Notes: generated from the sequence alone by a model not told the origin. Positions 45,652 through 60,456 are shown, numbered from the stretch's first letter. The stretch is 64,000 nucleotides of DNA from the human T2T-CHM13v2.0 reference genome, Homo sapiens (GCF_009914755.1 NC_060938.1), one strand, 5' to 3'. Translations and numbers: made by a program.

Positions 45652-46052
45652 TGTTATTGGGTGAACTGTGTCCCCCAAAATTTCAGATGTGGAAGCCCTA
45701 AACCCCAGTACCTAGAATGTGACTGTATTTGGAGATAAAGGTCTTAAAGGAGGTGATGAAGTTAAAATGAGGCCATTAGGGTGAGAATCAATACAATCTG
45801 ATTGGTGTCCTTGTAAGAAGAGGAAATTCGGACAGAGAGAGAGGGATACAGGAATGCAGGCGCACAAGAGAAGGACCATGCGAGGAGACAGCAAGGAGGC
45901 AGCCATCTACAAACCAAGGAGAGAGCCCTCAGAGGAAACCAAACCTTGAATTTGAACTTCTGCCTCCAGAACTGTGGAAAAAATACATTTTTTGTTGTTT
46001 AAGCCACCCAGTCTGTGGTATTTTATTATGGGGGCTCTAGCAAACTAATACA
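45652..46052 (+). mobile_element. MLT1B-like MaLR solo LTR
   Basis: TG...CA ends (tgttattgggtgaactgtgtcccccaaaa ... aagccacccagtctgtggtattt...ctagcaaactaataca); degenerate 5-bp TSD acaca/acgta. Confidence 0.92.
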
Positions 46053-49000
46053 ACGTATTTTTTTTGATTCAGTAAAATCAAATTATTGGCTTCTCCTTGC
46101 ACACAATTGGCTCAGTCTTGCCAATATGTGTACATATTAGTTCTTATTATGTCCACCAATCTCTCCTTCAAAATGTAGCTTAACATCTACTTTCTCCAGG
46201 GACCGTCTCCTACTTATTCCATTCCAATTGATTACTCTCATAACATCTGAGTCTTAAGAAAGTCATGTGTTTGTATATCTGTGTTACTTCAGAAATACTA
46301 TCATTTGTTGGGGTTGTTGCTGTGCTGTGTGTTACTGGCTATTGATCAGGCTTCCTAAAGTCAGGAAATATTCTTCTCCCTGATGGCATGATTCTCCTCT
46401 TTCTATTTCAATGGTTATGAAAAAAGGCAAAATTCACTCTTTGCCAGACACTCTTATAATACATTATATGCCTTGTCTCATTTAACATTAGTCTTTGTGT
46501 TAAAGAAAATAAACTACATAAAATGTATATACTTTATTGGTCTACTTCAGAGAAAACATTCCCACTCTGAAACTTTGGGGTGGTGATAAATAATTACAGT
46601 TATGTTATTTAAACTCTATCACACATTTATCCATACTAATTTTTAGTTTTGGAAGAAGTGATGTGGAAATGGTATTCAAATTAACATTCTTTGCTCCTTT
46701 TCTTGTACTCCCCGGAGCTAAGTTTATTAATATCAAAGATTTCTATTCATTCTATGTAAATTTACTAAAGTCTGTTAAATCTCCTGATTGCTGACATTTT
46801 AGAGTTTTATACACTTTTTGTCTCTCTTTTGACAAATCACACACATATCTTCAGGGACTCTTATTACAGAGCTAAGTACATTGTCTGACAAAAGCTGAAG
46901 AATTTTAATAGATAAATGACAAATTTTAACAAAGAGTTCTAGTGAGTTAATTTCTGAAATCGTTTACTGTATGTATAGAAAACTGGCAGAAGTAATTTGA
47001 TGAAGTGCAGGTTTTCTATACATAATAAAAGAGAAAAGTATTAGTAGATATATTTGATAAGATCCATCTATTTGATGGATAATCATAAAAATAACCTACC
47101 AATACAAATATGGCTTCTAGTTTTTTTTTCCTCTGGAATAAAAAAAAGTCACCACTTATCAATATCTATAATCTCCATCATTTAGATTGCTGCCTAAGTA
47201 GCATTTAGAATGAATCCAGAAGGTCAAGTTCAGATGAGAAACAGAAGCACTTCTACTACTGAAAAATCAAGGACACCTTGGACTCCAAAAATAAAAAAAA
47301 AAAGCTTTATAATTTAAATATACACCTATGAGTAGTTGCATTTTTCCTTGAATACTTAGTTTACATTGTGGTACATGTGTGGGGGTGCATGTGAAGGAGT
47401 GTGTTTGATCAGATTACTGCATGATCTGTTCTCTGCAGGTGCTGGAAAAGGTCAGAGAAAATCATCATCATAAAGTGAAGTGATTTTCTTCTTTATGAGC
47501 TCCTGATGTAAACAGACTGATGAGCACAACACAATCCTTACTCACCCACATGACATCATACACAATCACAGCTAAATGTTTCTATCTGTCAAAGCCTGAA
47601 GAGTGACTACCAGATTGTTGCCTGATTGGTATGTAACCCAAATGGTATTTCCTTGGTATCTAGTTGGTAGGGTATATTTTGTAAGATTTCTGGGCCCTGT
47701 TGGGGTGGGTCAAAGACAGTGAGCACTGAGCCAAGGTTAGAGTTTACCAGCTCAGAAAATGAGCAGGCTGTGTTGGTAATGGAGCAGCAACATTATTGAA
47801 CATTTATTGACTGAAGAACAAGGAAATTAAAAAATGAATTTGAAACAGACATTTCTTATTTTAAAATCAGAAAATACATATCACATTCTTTGGAAAGCAA
47901 GGGTTTGTAAGCATGTGGCACTTAATCTTTGTTCATAATTTATGCCCATGTTCAAGACATTTTTAAAATCCATTTTTTACAGACACTAATTTTGCTGCCA
48001 GGCTCCATTTACTGCCAGTTAAGCAGCAGCTTTTAGTATATGGAGGCCTCACTGAAGATTCACCTTCTGAGTTTTCCTACCCAAGACATTTAAGTCAGAA
48101 TCTGGACCCAATCTGCCACATCAGAGCTAGCAGCAAGTGAAGAGGACTCAAAGATTCTGCTGGTATAAACATACTCTTTGAGGGAGCAGCCAAATAGTTT
48201 GGAAGTTTAGATTTCTTTCTTTTTGGAAAAAAGAAACAACCGTGGTTAAATAACATTGCAGATTATCTTGAAGAGGAGCTTTATATACGATCCGGGACAG
48301 ATATATAATTACTTTTAATTAAAAATGAAATTATAAAATTTATTAAAAAGTCTGATTAGAAGGGAATGGGAGATAAATTTCCTAATAGCGTAGGACAATA
48401 CTGTCTTCTAATTAGACCTTAATTTCATGTAATTACTTACTACATACAAGAGCTATCAGCAGTAGAACACACTCCTGTTTTTAAGACATTATGGAAAAAT
48501 AAGATACAAAATGTCAGCAATTGAGTTACATAGTCCACTTCAAGCATGTGCCAAAGTTTTGTTTTGCTGTCAAATATCACTATTTAACTAAACACTAAAA
48601 TATAGCCAAGCAAACAAAAAGTGCAATGGCACACATCATACATGAATATGATTGGATTAAAGCACTATGCATATTATTTGCTTTCAAAAACAAAGCAAAC
48701 AAGCGTACATTTTTTCTTGTGTATTCATGGCCAAAAAAGAGCTTATCCAACATATGTGAAGGTACTTTGCATTATCATATCATAATCTATGGTTATATCA
48801 ATTTGTTGGGTATCTTTCTTACAATTCTTAATGGTAGCTTTCTCCATTCATAGATTTTTTTTCACCTTTAGCAAGCTGCACCAATTTCTTAGAGTCAAAG
48901 AATGGTTGCCAGTGGTCTGAACTTTTGATTGATCTGAGCTGTGTTTAGCTTTAATCTATCTCTGCACATGACTAGCTAAAGAGATGTTCTATCAGATTCA

Positions 49001-50799
49001 GTCCTTGTAGCTTCAAGTCTTTCTCTATATGCATCTAGAGTGAGAAAAGTTTTCAAATGCAAGTAGGGTCAGGATTTAACCCTTATTTGGATTTTATTGT
49101 GACTGTAGAGGGAGGACTGACAATTTCCACAGAGGAAGGGGTCAAGACCCAGAGGAAAACACAGAGGATTTAGGTGAGGTTGTGACTCTTGACTTGAGCA
49201 AATACAGATTTAATGGTTTGGAAATGGATTTCAACCTACTCTGGTATGAAATTCAGTGCTGAGTCACAGAGAGCCAGAGCTGACAGCTCCAAAGAAGCAT
49301 GGGTTAGGATCAGGGCAGAAAGGAAGTTGATGCTAAATGGAGAACAGCAGGAGTTTGATGCGTGGCTGGAAGAGATAGACAGAGTGTGTTATGAGTTGGG
49401 GGAAGAGCAGATGGGGTGTGACTGCCAGCCTACCAGCTAATTAGAAAATACTGATTTATTAAACCTGAACTCTAAGAGAAAAGCCCGTAATATGTACACC
49501 TCTGACAGAAAGGACAGAAATGTGGTTTTTCATATGACCACATTCTGAATTACTTTTATTTATGAACTATATGTTGTTATCACTTGAAATGACAAGAAAG
49601 GTCATTTCTCCTTAGCAAAGAAAATCCTTTCAGAAAATTTTCGAAATAAATTACCAACTAGAATTTGTAATGAGGCATGATATCCCAAAATATTAGACAA
49701 AGAGTAAGACAAATACAATTCAGAATCATATTCTGCTTGTTGCTGGCCTGATAATAAGCCTTGATTCATTTGGAAATAATAGTTTATAGTCAGAGATAAA
49801 CCATTATTTTTGGAAAAATGGGTCCATCACATCACTTTTATGTGTTATCTTCATAACAAATCAGAACATAACCCATTGTACAATAAAACACAACTTGATT
49901 TTCAACCAGGCTGTCTTCCAGCAGCATAATTCTATCTGCTTTACAAGAACAATGGTTTAATGTTGACAGATCTGGGGCCACATGAACTGTGGGCAGATAC
50001 TTGAGTAAAGCATTGCTTAGCCATTCTGTTTTCACTCTGTTGAAAGGTAGACCTTATCCAAAAGATCACTCTAGCCTGACCTACTCTTTGTTATTATTAG
50101 TAACATTAGTAGTAGTCCTAGTACTATTGGCTTGGGTGGCCAGAGTTGTTAGTTGTTTAATACTCATTCGATGGAAGAAATAATCTAAGCAGGAGGCTTT
50201 CATTCTGTTATTTCCATGATAAGTAATTCACTGACTTGGATGTTTATGGTACCAAGATAGAAATATCTTCTAGAGAGCTATGTTTAAAATGTTTAACTGT
50301 TGAAGACCATTGTCCATTTTGGATCAGAAATGAGAAGCCTCTTATCAACTCCCCTCAGGCTATGTTAGATATATTTTAAAGTTTCTTTGCAATGCTACTA
50401 ATTATTACACTTTTCCACAGATGTAGCTCAAGGCACTAGTTTTCTGAGAATAATTTATTAATAAAATATTGAGCATTAGGAAATAAAGGTATTTTCCTTT
50501 AATGGCAAAAAATCTAAACAGCCTAAAATAATCTAGCAGGTAAGGATGTTACCTGAGTGGTGAAATTGAAAAGATTACTCCTGGGGAGAAATCACAAATG
50601 TTCAATAACTTTTTCTCTCTCATTTACAATTGCAGTGGAAGGGAATGAAATGAACTAGAAATTTAGGGTTTGAGAAAATGACATGCGAAGAGTTCAAACT
50701 CATAATAAAAATGTGAAAATTGTTTAGATAGAAGAAATTCCAAATTGTTAGGATCATTATGCATTTTATTAATAAGGAAACAAGTCTCAATTAAATGTC

Positions 50800-52024
50800 T
50801 TGCTTTTATCATTTCTTCACTTATTTTCCCCTCAACCTCTCCAGTCAGGCTTTGTCTCTACTATTCTACTGAATCCTTGTAGAGGACATTATTGAACTAC
50901 CATTTGCCAAATCCAATAGTCCTCTTCATACTTGATCTCTCCACAGAATGTGATAGAGTACTACCTCATTGTGGACATACTCTTTTTACTTAGCTTATGA
51001 CCACTACGCTGCTTGTTTTCCTATTTCTCCTCTGTACTTCATTTCCTGTGTGGGCTCCTCTTCTTTATGCTAGTCTTAGCTCACTTCTATTTTCCGTTAC
51101 AGCCAGTCCCTATGTAATATCTTCTAATCCCATAATCTTAAATATGTCATCTAAATGCTGATGACCTCTAAATCTTTTCCACCAGTACAGACTTCTCCCC
51201 TGAGCTCTACGTTTTTATTTTCAACTACTTACTCAATATTCCTTTTCTGTTGTTTATTGCACATCAAAAACTCAACATGTTTAAATTGGAATTATTTTTT
51301 CTTACCTTCTTTCTCCTTTCTGCCTGTTCCTTTCTGGTTTTCCTCACCTCAGCAAATGATGTCACTATTCAGCCTTCTATTTGGTCAGATCAGAATCCTT
51401 GGTTTAAAATTTTAAACCAGTTCATATCTCTCCTCTACAGAGAAATCTCTAATGGTTTTCCATCACATTCAGTACAAAAGTCAAAGTCATTACCACAGCT
51501 TGTGAAACCTAGTATGATCTAGCACTTGCTTAATTTCTACCATGTCTTCCTTTCATTCTCTGACTAGCAACAGTGACCTTTTTTGCTTTAATGCCAGAAA
51601 ATAAGCTTATTTCTACTTCAAGTCCTTTATATTTGCCATTCTTTTTCTGGAAAATTCTTTCTAAGATCTTCACAAGGTTCACCACCTAACTTCCTTTATG
51701 TTTCTCTTCAGATTTCACTTCCTCAGGTTGGCCTTTACATATCACCCAATAGGAAAGAGTGCCCACCTCCCCCAACACATGTTATCAACATCTGCCCCCT
51801 TTCCTCCTTCATATTTCTTTCTAATCTTATCACTTCTTGAAATATATTGTGTATTTATTTGTTTACTTATTCATTGTATATCACCTGAATATCAGCTTCA
51901 TGAAGGCAAGGTCCTCATCTCATTCAAGATTATAGCTGCAGTGCTAGGAATATATCTTGAACACAGGTTGTTCTCAATAAACATTTGTAGGATGAATACA
52001 TGAATGGATGAATAAATGAATAAA
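50800..52024 (+). mobile_element. L2 LINE, ~1.2-kb 3' portion
   Basis: ctccagtcaggcttt, taaatgctgatgacctctaaat, aaaactcaacatgtttaaa, and tail tcaataaacatttgtaggatgaatacatgaatggatgaataaatgaa. Confidence 0.88.
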
Positions 52025-55000
52025 GGTATATTACTTGATTGTTCTACTTGACTCAGTTTTGTAATTAGGTATGGAGGTATAGCTGTTTCTCAGGATGAGA
52101 ATTTTGTTGACATTGCAATCATCACTCTTTAGAAGATAGCTAATCACTTTTGACATCATTTTCTCATCACTTCTCCTTATACACCCTCTGTCACACACAT
52201 AACTAGTATAATCTCTGGCTTTCTGCACCAACCCGATGATAATATTTCTTTGACTATTAAATGTATGGGAGAGTAGAATAAAACTGCCCTGTTTAGCATG
52301 AGTGGTAGTGGCATTTCAGGCAGGACAGAAAGACTTTAGCTCTGAACTCTCTAGTCCCAGTCCTAGATGATAGATTTTTTGGGCCCACCTACACAGTGTT
52401 CCTCAACTTCTCTGTGCCTGCCCAAAACAAGTAGTGCATTTCAGTTTCTGTGAGTTAACCCCCCCGCCCTTTCCTTTCCAAAGGTTCTGTGTGTGTTTTT
52501 TTTCCACATTGCCATTGCTGCACATTTCTTTAAAAACTCATAACAAAAAATTGAATTCCCAAACAAAATCCCATACCATATGTAAAAGAGCATGTCCCTC
52601 TCTCAACCGGAGGTGTATTTTGAAATAAGAAAGTAACAGCTCAGCAGTCACTTACCATAGCTTGCTGAGTAAGCTGGGCTCAGGTTAAAAGGGGGTTATA
52701 GGCTGCCAGCCAAAACACTGACGGCATTGCTGAATTCAGAGATTCAGAAACTCTATATGTCCCAAAGATTCTGTATGGCTGCCATTAATTACACTCTCTT
52801 ATGCTCTATCATTGAAAGTATCTCAATCCAGTTCCCTCATGTGGATCAGAACAGGTAGGAATTTTAATATAGAACTTGTTAACTTACATTTTAAAAATAT
52901 ATTCAATATTAACATTAAGAACATTGAAGAGTATTGCCATCTCAGTGAAACTGAATCAATCAGAAATAGACATAATCACACTTGTTTACCACAACATTTA
53001 TCATCAGATTGGATGGAAGGTGATTTATATAGCTCATGTAGGTTGGGTCAAAACTGACCCAATAGTAGCTCTTGAAGATGTTAAAGATGTTGTTACTTGG
53101 AGAAATCATAGAAAATAAATCAAAGGGGTATAATTTTAAAAGTATATATTGTATATGTGAAAAAATTACTAAATATAATCAATAGTAGGGGCTTAAATTA
53201 TTATTTTTTACTTCATTAATTTTTATATAAGTTATTGCCACAGGTTTGGAGGTATCCATTATTCCAGGGGTACATCTGCATGAGTCTATGTTACCAATAA
53301 ATGATGCCATTCATTGTCATGCGCGATTCTGTGCGTAGTAAAGGTCTTTGGTTTTGAAAACATACTACTTATTTCTTATAAAACTTTTGATGACAAGAAT
53401 TCTTCAGGGTTTTTTTTTGTGCCAAAAATACACTAATGTGGTAAACTTTGAAAGATTTGAAAGTGAAATTACATTTTGTAGAATCTTTTAAGCTGTTTCC
53501 AACCTGTAACACAGGGACATTTCAATCAGTGTTTACATTTTTAAAAACTGATATATTAAGAAAATATTTTGCCTTCCTATATACCCAGATACTGTGGTAT
53601 TTTCTATTTGAGATAATGCTTAAAGGATAATTGAGAGGAAAATTATTCTTGTGAATCGACACTTAGTTTTGTGATCTCTACGTAAGATACTTAAAAAGAT
53701 TCAATTTTTTATCATTATAATCAAGTAGAATTTTTTTCTCCATAAGGTTACATCTGTTTATGCTATTTTATTATCTGTTGAATGGTATGATATGAAGTCT
53801 CTTTATTGCAGCTTAGCTAAAGAAGCACCAAGCCTGTGATGGAGCTGTCAATCAGCATTTAGTCATACAGTATCTATTTCTATCCCTGTTCTTCTTAGCA
53901 CAGAAGGGCTATTATAGTCTACATTACGGCATAGTATCTTTGGATATAGATATCCTTGAGGGGCAGGATTTATTTTGAAAGAGGACACTCAACATAACAT
54001 GACACATCATTTAGACATTTTTAAAAAGTACACATGCAGGTATTTCAAAGTAAAATATAGCAAAAGTTAATTTTAAACATTCAATTTAACATTTTGTGGA
54101 TTCATTTCCTTTTTTTCTTACCTTAATAGCACTGAAAAAGATCAAATGGGGTCATGTGACTCTTTAGTAATTGAAAGTGTCTATTTAAAGGCATCCCTGT
54201 GCAAATCTTCTTGCATTATCACCTATGAAAGGCTAACTGTTGTAAAATAGTATGCCTATCGAAATTAACAAGAGAAAAACCATTCAAGGCCAAAAAGAAA
54301 GGAAAATTGTGCTGAAATGCATTTATAAACACCTGAAAATTGAAACTTTTCCAGATGTCAATAATATATATTTCCAAGTACACCAGTATATATGGAATAT
54401 GACTAAAAATTAACGAGACTGATTACAAACCACAAACATGAAAATCAGTCATGCAGCTGTATATCACACTGGATGTGCTTCCAGATGTGATGATAAAAAT
54501 GGATACAACCTTTTAAAGCATGAGCTTGGATATGCTATGCATGTGGCACTCATTAGCTAAGCAAATGGATGTTAATCTTTATGACAGTCAATTGCTGTGC
54601 TGCATTTCTACTGAGTGCTTATCAGCTGGTCTGACCTGATCATCAAGAGCATCATGACTTAATTTACAGGAGGATTATTCTTCCTTCCCCTGCAATTCCA
54701 TGGGTTTAAAATACACAAAAAAGTTTTTAAAAAGAAATGGCTGAAGCATTTAAACTTCCTGATTCCCCATAGCTTTGCAGTACGTAGGTAATGGGGTAAA
54801 AAGATTTAGATTCACAGATCTGGAATTGAGCATCATTGAGTATCTAATTTTCCATGTTCAGGGCTGAGAAATTAACCTCATTTCTCCAACTGACTTGTTT
54901 TCCTTTGAATAGTTAAAGATATTCATATAAGAAAATATTTAGTCTTTTAAAAGAATAGGCCTTTTCTACCCATAGTAAATGGTATCTTTAGTAAATAGAT

Positions 55001-56055
55001 GAGAAATGTCATGTTATGCATCCAGAAGAATCAGAAGCATCTCTAGAGCTCTAACAAACATTGTATTTCTTAGAAAAGTTATCGTGTTACTATATTTGCC
55101 TACATACTCATGGTGTTACCATCAGTAAACTTGTTGATTTGGACTACCTTGAGCTAATTATGAAAGACATGGGAGAATACCAGGTCTACCCCCATGAAAT
55201 GGAGAGCTTGACATGCTAGACGTCATGTAGGAAGAAGCAATTCTAGCTTCTCACATAACTCTGCCAGCACACATCAACCTATTAGACAGCAACTTCTGTT
55301 CCTTAGGCAATTTTAGCTGGAGACAACCATTGTGCCAGTATTTTCTCTTTGCTATACGCTTCATTGTCCCCCAGGGGTGGCAGAAACCAATAAACCACAT
55401 TCATATTCTAATAATAACTATGAGATAGAAACTGAAGTTTGTCTCTTCAGAAAGAGGCTGAACCATCTCTATATCTGATAAAAGCCTAGAGCATTGTAAG
55501 CACTTAATTAATGGACTCATGAAAGTAAATGTATCTATCACTTCCTCCTAGAGTTTTAGGGGATTGGGGAATAGATTTAACTCATTCAGTTCAGTATGGA
55601 ACTATTTATCTGCTAAAATTTTTACTATGATTTCTTCATAACTTGATTAAGATCTTTTTCAAAATGTCTGACAGGTTCATGGACATGAAAGATATGAATA
55701 ACATCTAGATCATTACATATTAATTTTAAAATCCATATTTCAAAAGTAGTAAGATATTACTTTTTAGTTAATCCATGAAGAACAATGAATTTGAAATTGT
55801 TAAGAATTTATAAAATATTTAAGGATTAAATGGATCATGATTGTCATCATGGAAAAATAAAAGATGAATGAGGCAGGTTGTTCTCTCCTAAACAACTATT
55901 AAATATTGAATGGACTTTGACGCATGGTATAGTGAGGACTTTCAAGGGTAAAGACAGGAGGATTAGTCCTGCGGACAGTGAGGAGATGGGAGGAGCAATT
56001 TTAGCAACTCCAGCACACCTTTTGCAGAGGTGTATGCCAGGGAATATATAATTGA

Positions 56056-56387
<332 letters not shown>

Positions 56388-56716
56388 GAATAATACATTC
56401 TTAAACATGTTACTTCTTAGAGCCTTTATTTGCTAATATTTGTTATGCTTCTTCCGAAATAGGCTGTAATATGTAGCAGTACTCAAAACTTTTTTGACCC
56501 TTGAATGGCTTTAAGGAATATAGATCTCCTGGTATTAGTCTTCTGTTAAGATCTCAAGGAAGATACTACAAATTTCCATCCATTTAGTCAATCAGCCATA
56601 TTTTTGAGCATTTGTCAACTATAAGTACTTTGCCACATGATATGAAAAATACAACCAGTTGTAAAATAGGGTCTATACCCAATGGTACTATGCTTAATCT
56701 GATGAGATGAATCAAA

Positions 56717-56717
56717 A

Positions 56718-56750
<33 letters not shown>

Positions 56751-56841
56751 GTGTGTATATATATATGTGTGTGTGTATATATATGTGTATATATATGTGT
56801 ATATATATATATGTGTGTGTATATATGTGTGTGTATATATA

Positions 56842-56884
<43 letters not shown>
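56717..56884. repeat. Compound (TG)n(TA)n microsatellite
   Basis: Seen directly. Confidence 0.95.
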
Positions 56885-56890
<6 letters not shown>

Positions 56891-57541
56891 CAAAACTATC
56901 ATAATGCATCTGGAACTTAGGGCATTGTCAGCTTCCACTTTTTGGAACACAGCTTTGAGTCAATAGAGGGCCAAAAAGAACGATAAAAAGAATTTCTTCA
57001 TGGGAAAAATATCTGTGAAAAACCCAAGTTTTTTACTTCATAAAAGGAGATTTTGGACCTTGTTATTTTTATTGTTTATTATTATTTGGCCAAGAAGTCT
57101 ATGTTGTTAGACTTCTTTATTTGTGTTAGTACATATAAACAAAATTTTAATATAAGATAAAATATAATAATATAATATAAAATCTTTATGGATTGGCAAT
57201 TTTACTATAAAAGTTCTCTATTGCTAGCAATACCACTAGTCTTAGAGTCTATTTTGATTGATATAAATAAAAATACATCAGCTATACTTTTGCTTGTTAT
57301 TTACATGGTGTATCTTTTAACTCCCTTTCTTTTTAAATGTATCTGCAACCTTATATTTAATGTGTGTATTTTATAAGCAGCGTATAGTTTTGTTTTTAAA
57401 TTACTGTATTTTGATTTAGTTAAATTTAAATTAAATATAATTCAATATATTTAAATTCAATATAATTAATAATATATTTGAGCTTATATACCATCTGAGT
57501 ATTTTTCTGTTTGTACTAACTGTTCTGTGTTCCATCTACTT

Positions 57542-57595
57542 TTTTCTTTCTTGCCTTCCTTTTCTTTCGTGCCTTCCTTTTCTTTCTTGCCTTCC
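57542..57595. repeat. 18-bp tandem repeat x3
   Basis: ttttctttc(t/g)tgccttcc, three times. Confidence 0.9.
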
Positions 57596-58144
57596 TTTGC
57601 ATAATTTGAATAGATTTGATTATGCAACTTCTTCAATGCTACTATCTTATATACATTTTTACAACTATCTTAATCTTTAGAGATTATATTTATCCTTGAC
57701 TTATTAAAGACTAATGTACACGAATACTTTTACTTTCCAGACAATGCAGGGACTTAGAATACGTAGAGCATTTTAATGCTATTTATCAATTTTCTGCTTT
57801 TTTGTTTGTGCTATTATGAAATTCTTCATATCTTTTAGCCTTTGAAAATTTTTATTTCAAGTTGTGTAACATAGAAGAGCTTCTTATAACAACTTCCATC
57901 ACTATAGAAATATAAATATTGAAAATGTTTTCCTGGGAGGGAATCACTATAAACAATTTGGTTCTAGAGTTTTTATTCCACATTTTTAATATGATTTAAA
58001 AGAGTATTTAGCACTTTGTCACTTCCCCACTCCTGGACAATACATTTATTCCACTCTACCCTGTTTTTATTGACCATGTGTAGGATGTCTTCTAGTTGGA
58101 CGTGAAATAGAAGGAAAAGAAAAGTTATTACTGTCTCCTTGCTC

Positions 58145-58255
58145 ACAATAAGCAATTCTGAACTCTATTGATAACTTAATCACAGGCCAAGTTCTTTTAA
58201 CTGTTTTACCTTCTGCAGAATGAAGGATTAGCTGTAATTAACTTGAGTTAGGTAA
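58145..58255 (+). repeat. Inverted duplication, copy A (111 bp)
   Basis: Reverse complement of 60346-60456 with 2 mismatches. Confidence 0.95.
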
Positions 58256-58768
58256 GCTGTTCATTCTGGTCTTATCATTTCTGCCTCCATTTCTTCTACA
58301 AGCTTCAATTTTGTCCAGAAGCCCCTTCTAGTTCTATGTATGCTTGTGTATGTGTATGTATGCATATTCATGTGTATGTATGTATATTTATATCACTCTG
58401 TCTAGCTAGCCATCTACAATCTATATATCAATCTGTTCATCTATATATGTCTTTTGTATGTGAGCACTCATTTTTTGTTAGGTATACATACAAAAGTAGA
58501 ATTCCTGGATAATAGACTAGGCATATATTTAATTTTAGCAGATAATGCCAAACAAATTTCAAAAGTGCTTGTACCAACTTTTACTGCCCTCAGCGATGTA
58601 TAAATTTACAATTGATCAATTCTTCATGTTATTTAGCATTGCTCATCCTTTTAACTCTAACCATTCTTGTGGGTATATCATTGAATAGCATTGTGATTTT
58701 TGTTTATGTTTCCCTGTTCATTAATGATGTTGAATATGTTTTTACATGTTTATTGTCCATTTGAATAT

Positions 58769-58793
58769 TGTGTGTGTGTGTGTGTGTGTGTGT
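58769..58793. repeat. (TG)n microsatellite
   Basis: Seen directly. Confidence 0.95.
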
Positions 58794-60345
58794 GAAGTGC
58801 CTGTTGAATTTTTCTAGCCGTTTTTTAAATTGGGTTATTTTATTTTGGTTATAGTCCTAAATATGTTGTGGATTTGGGTCTTTTGTTTGGGTCTTTTGTT
58901 AAACTATGCATTGCAAATTGAGCTTTTTCTGGCTTATAATTTGTCTTCCACTCACTTAATGGTATATTTAGATGAACAGAAGTTATTGACTTTTGTGAAA
59001 TCTATTTTTTTTTATTGAATGGATAGTGGTTTATTTATTTTATGTCTTCTATAAAATACTTGCCAAAGTCATAGAGGTAATTTCCTTTGACATCTTCTAG
59101 AAGATAGAGTTTTAATTTTCACATTTCTTTATGTTCCACCCACTTCGAACTAATCTTTGTATATGGTGTAAGACAGGGAAGAATTCAAGTTTTCTTTGCA
59201 GATACCAATTGATTCGCCATCATTTATTTGGAAAGACTGTACTCTTCCTTCCTAATGGTAGGAGCGCTTTGGGTCAATCCTGTGCTAATACTACACTGTC
59301 TTAATTATCATAACTTTATAATAAGTCTTAATATCTGGTAGTGGAAATCCTCTAGTTTTATCACTATTCTTCAAAATTGTTTTGAGTATTTTGGGTTCTA
59401 CGCATTTCCGTAGAAATATTAGAATCAGGCTTTAAATTTCTACACAAGAAACATTCTGCAATTTTGATCAGGAATCTATTGAAAGTTAGACCACTTTGAG
59501 TGACAATTGGCACAGTATTGAGTATTTTAACTGGTAAAGACACATATGCCATCATTTAATTAAGCCTTCTTTCTTTCAATAGTGTTTTGTAAATTTTAGT
59601 TTGGAGACCTTACATCCTGTATTAGATAAATATATTTTTAAATCCCACAAGATATTACTATTATTGATTTAGACTTCCATATTCATTGGATTTATCAATA
59701 GTTTTACTCCTTTTGTTTTTTATATTTCTTTTTGTAAGCCTTTACTTCTGTCTTTCTGAAGAATTTCCTTAGGTTTTCCTTTAAGATGCATCTGCTCAGT
59801 TTATGAGTATTTATTTACTTAACCTTTATTTATGAGGAATATTTTCCGGTTAATATAATTCTAGATTGATACACTTTAAAAAAGGTCATTTCACTGTCCT
59901 GTGCTTTCCATTATAACTGTTGAGAATAAGCTATTAATCATTCTGTAACTGTTTTGAATATGAAATATTCATAATATCTGGATTATGAATAGTCAATCTC
60001 TGGATGCTTTTAAGATGTATACTTTGATTTTAAGCAGTTAACGATATACTGAAGTGTGGTTTTCTGTATATTTATTTTATGTCTCAGTGTCTGTCTTCAG
60101 TTTTGGAAAATCCTCTTCTATTGATTCTGAATATTCCTTTTATATATTGTCTTTCTTCTCTTTTTCTGATACTTCATTTGCATATACTTTAGACATTTTA
60201 CCATGTCCCATATGGTTTTTATGTTGTTTTCTGTATTTTACATCCTTCATTGTCTCTGCGCTTCAGTTTGGATAATTTTTCCTAACCTAAATTTCTGTTC
60301 ACTAACCCTCTACCCTGCAGAAGTTATGTCTTGTTTAAGAAATCT

Positions 60346-60456
60346 TTACCTAACTCAAGTTAATTACAGCTAATCCTTCATTCTGCAGAAGGTAAAACAG
60401 TTAAAAGAACTTGGTCTGTGATTAAGTTATCAATTGAGTTCAGAATTGCTTATTGT
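60346..60456 (-). repeat. Inverted duplication, copy B (111 bp)
   Basis: Reverse complement of 58145-58255 with 2 mismatches. Confidence 0.95.

Noticed and set aside
47410-47480. Plus-strand acceptor-like ctgttctctgcag|gtg (and donor-like aaag|gtaagc near 17915)
   Set aside because: Isolated splice-like motifs without a convincing partner site or recognisable reading frame.
55366-55384. Second CTCF-like motif cccccaggggtggcag
   Set aside because: Spacing does not fit the core consensus without several mismatches.
56615-56966. ORFs across the TG/TA microsatellite (also 25602-25984 and 18400-18717)
   Set aside because: Same stop-free dinucleotide artefact.
58145-60456. Inverted pair as terminal inverted repeats of a DNA transposon
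   Set aside because: No TSD and no transposase; the interior is old L1 in the same orientation as the flanks, and copy B runs on into native L1 sequence.
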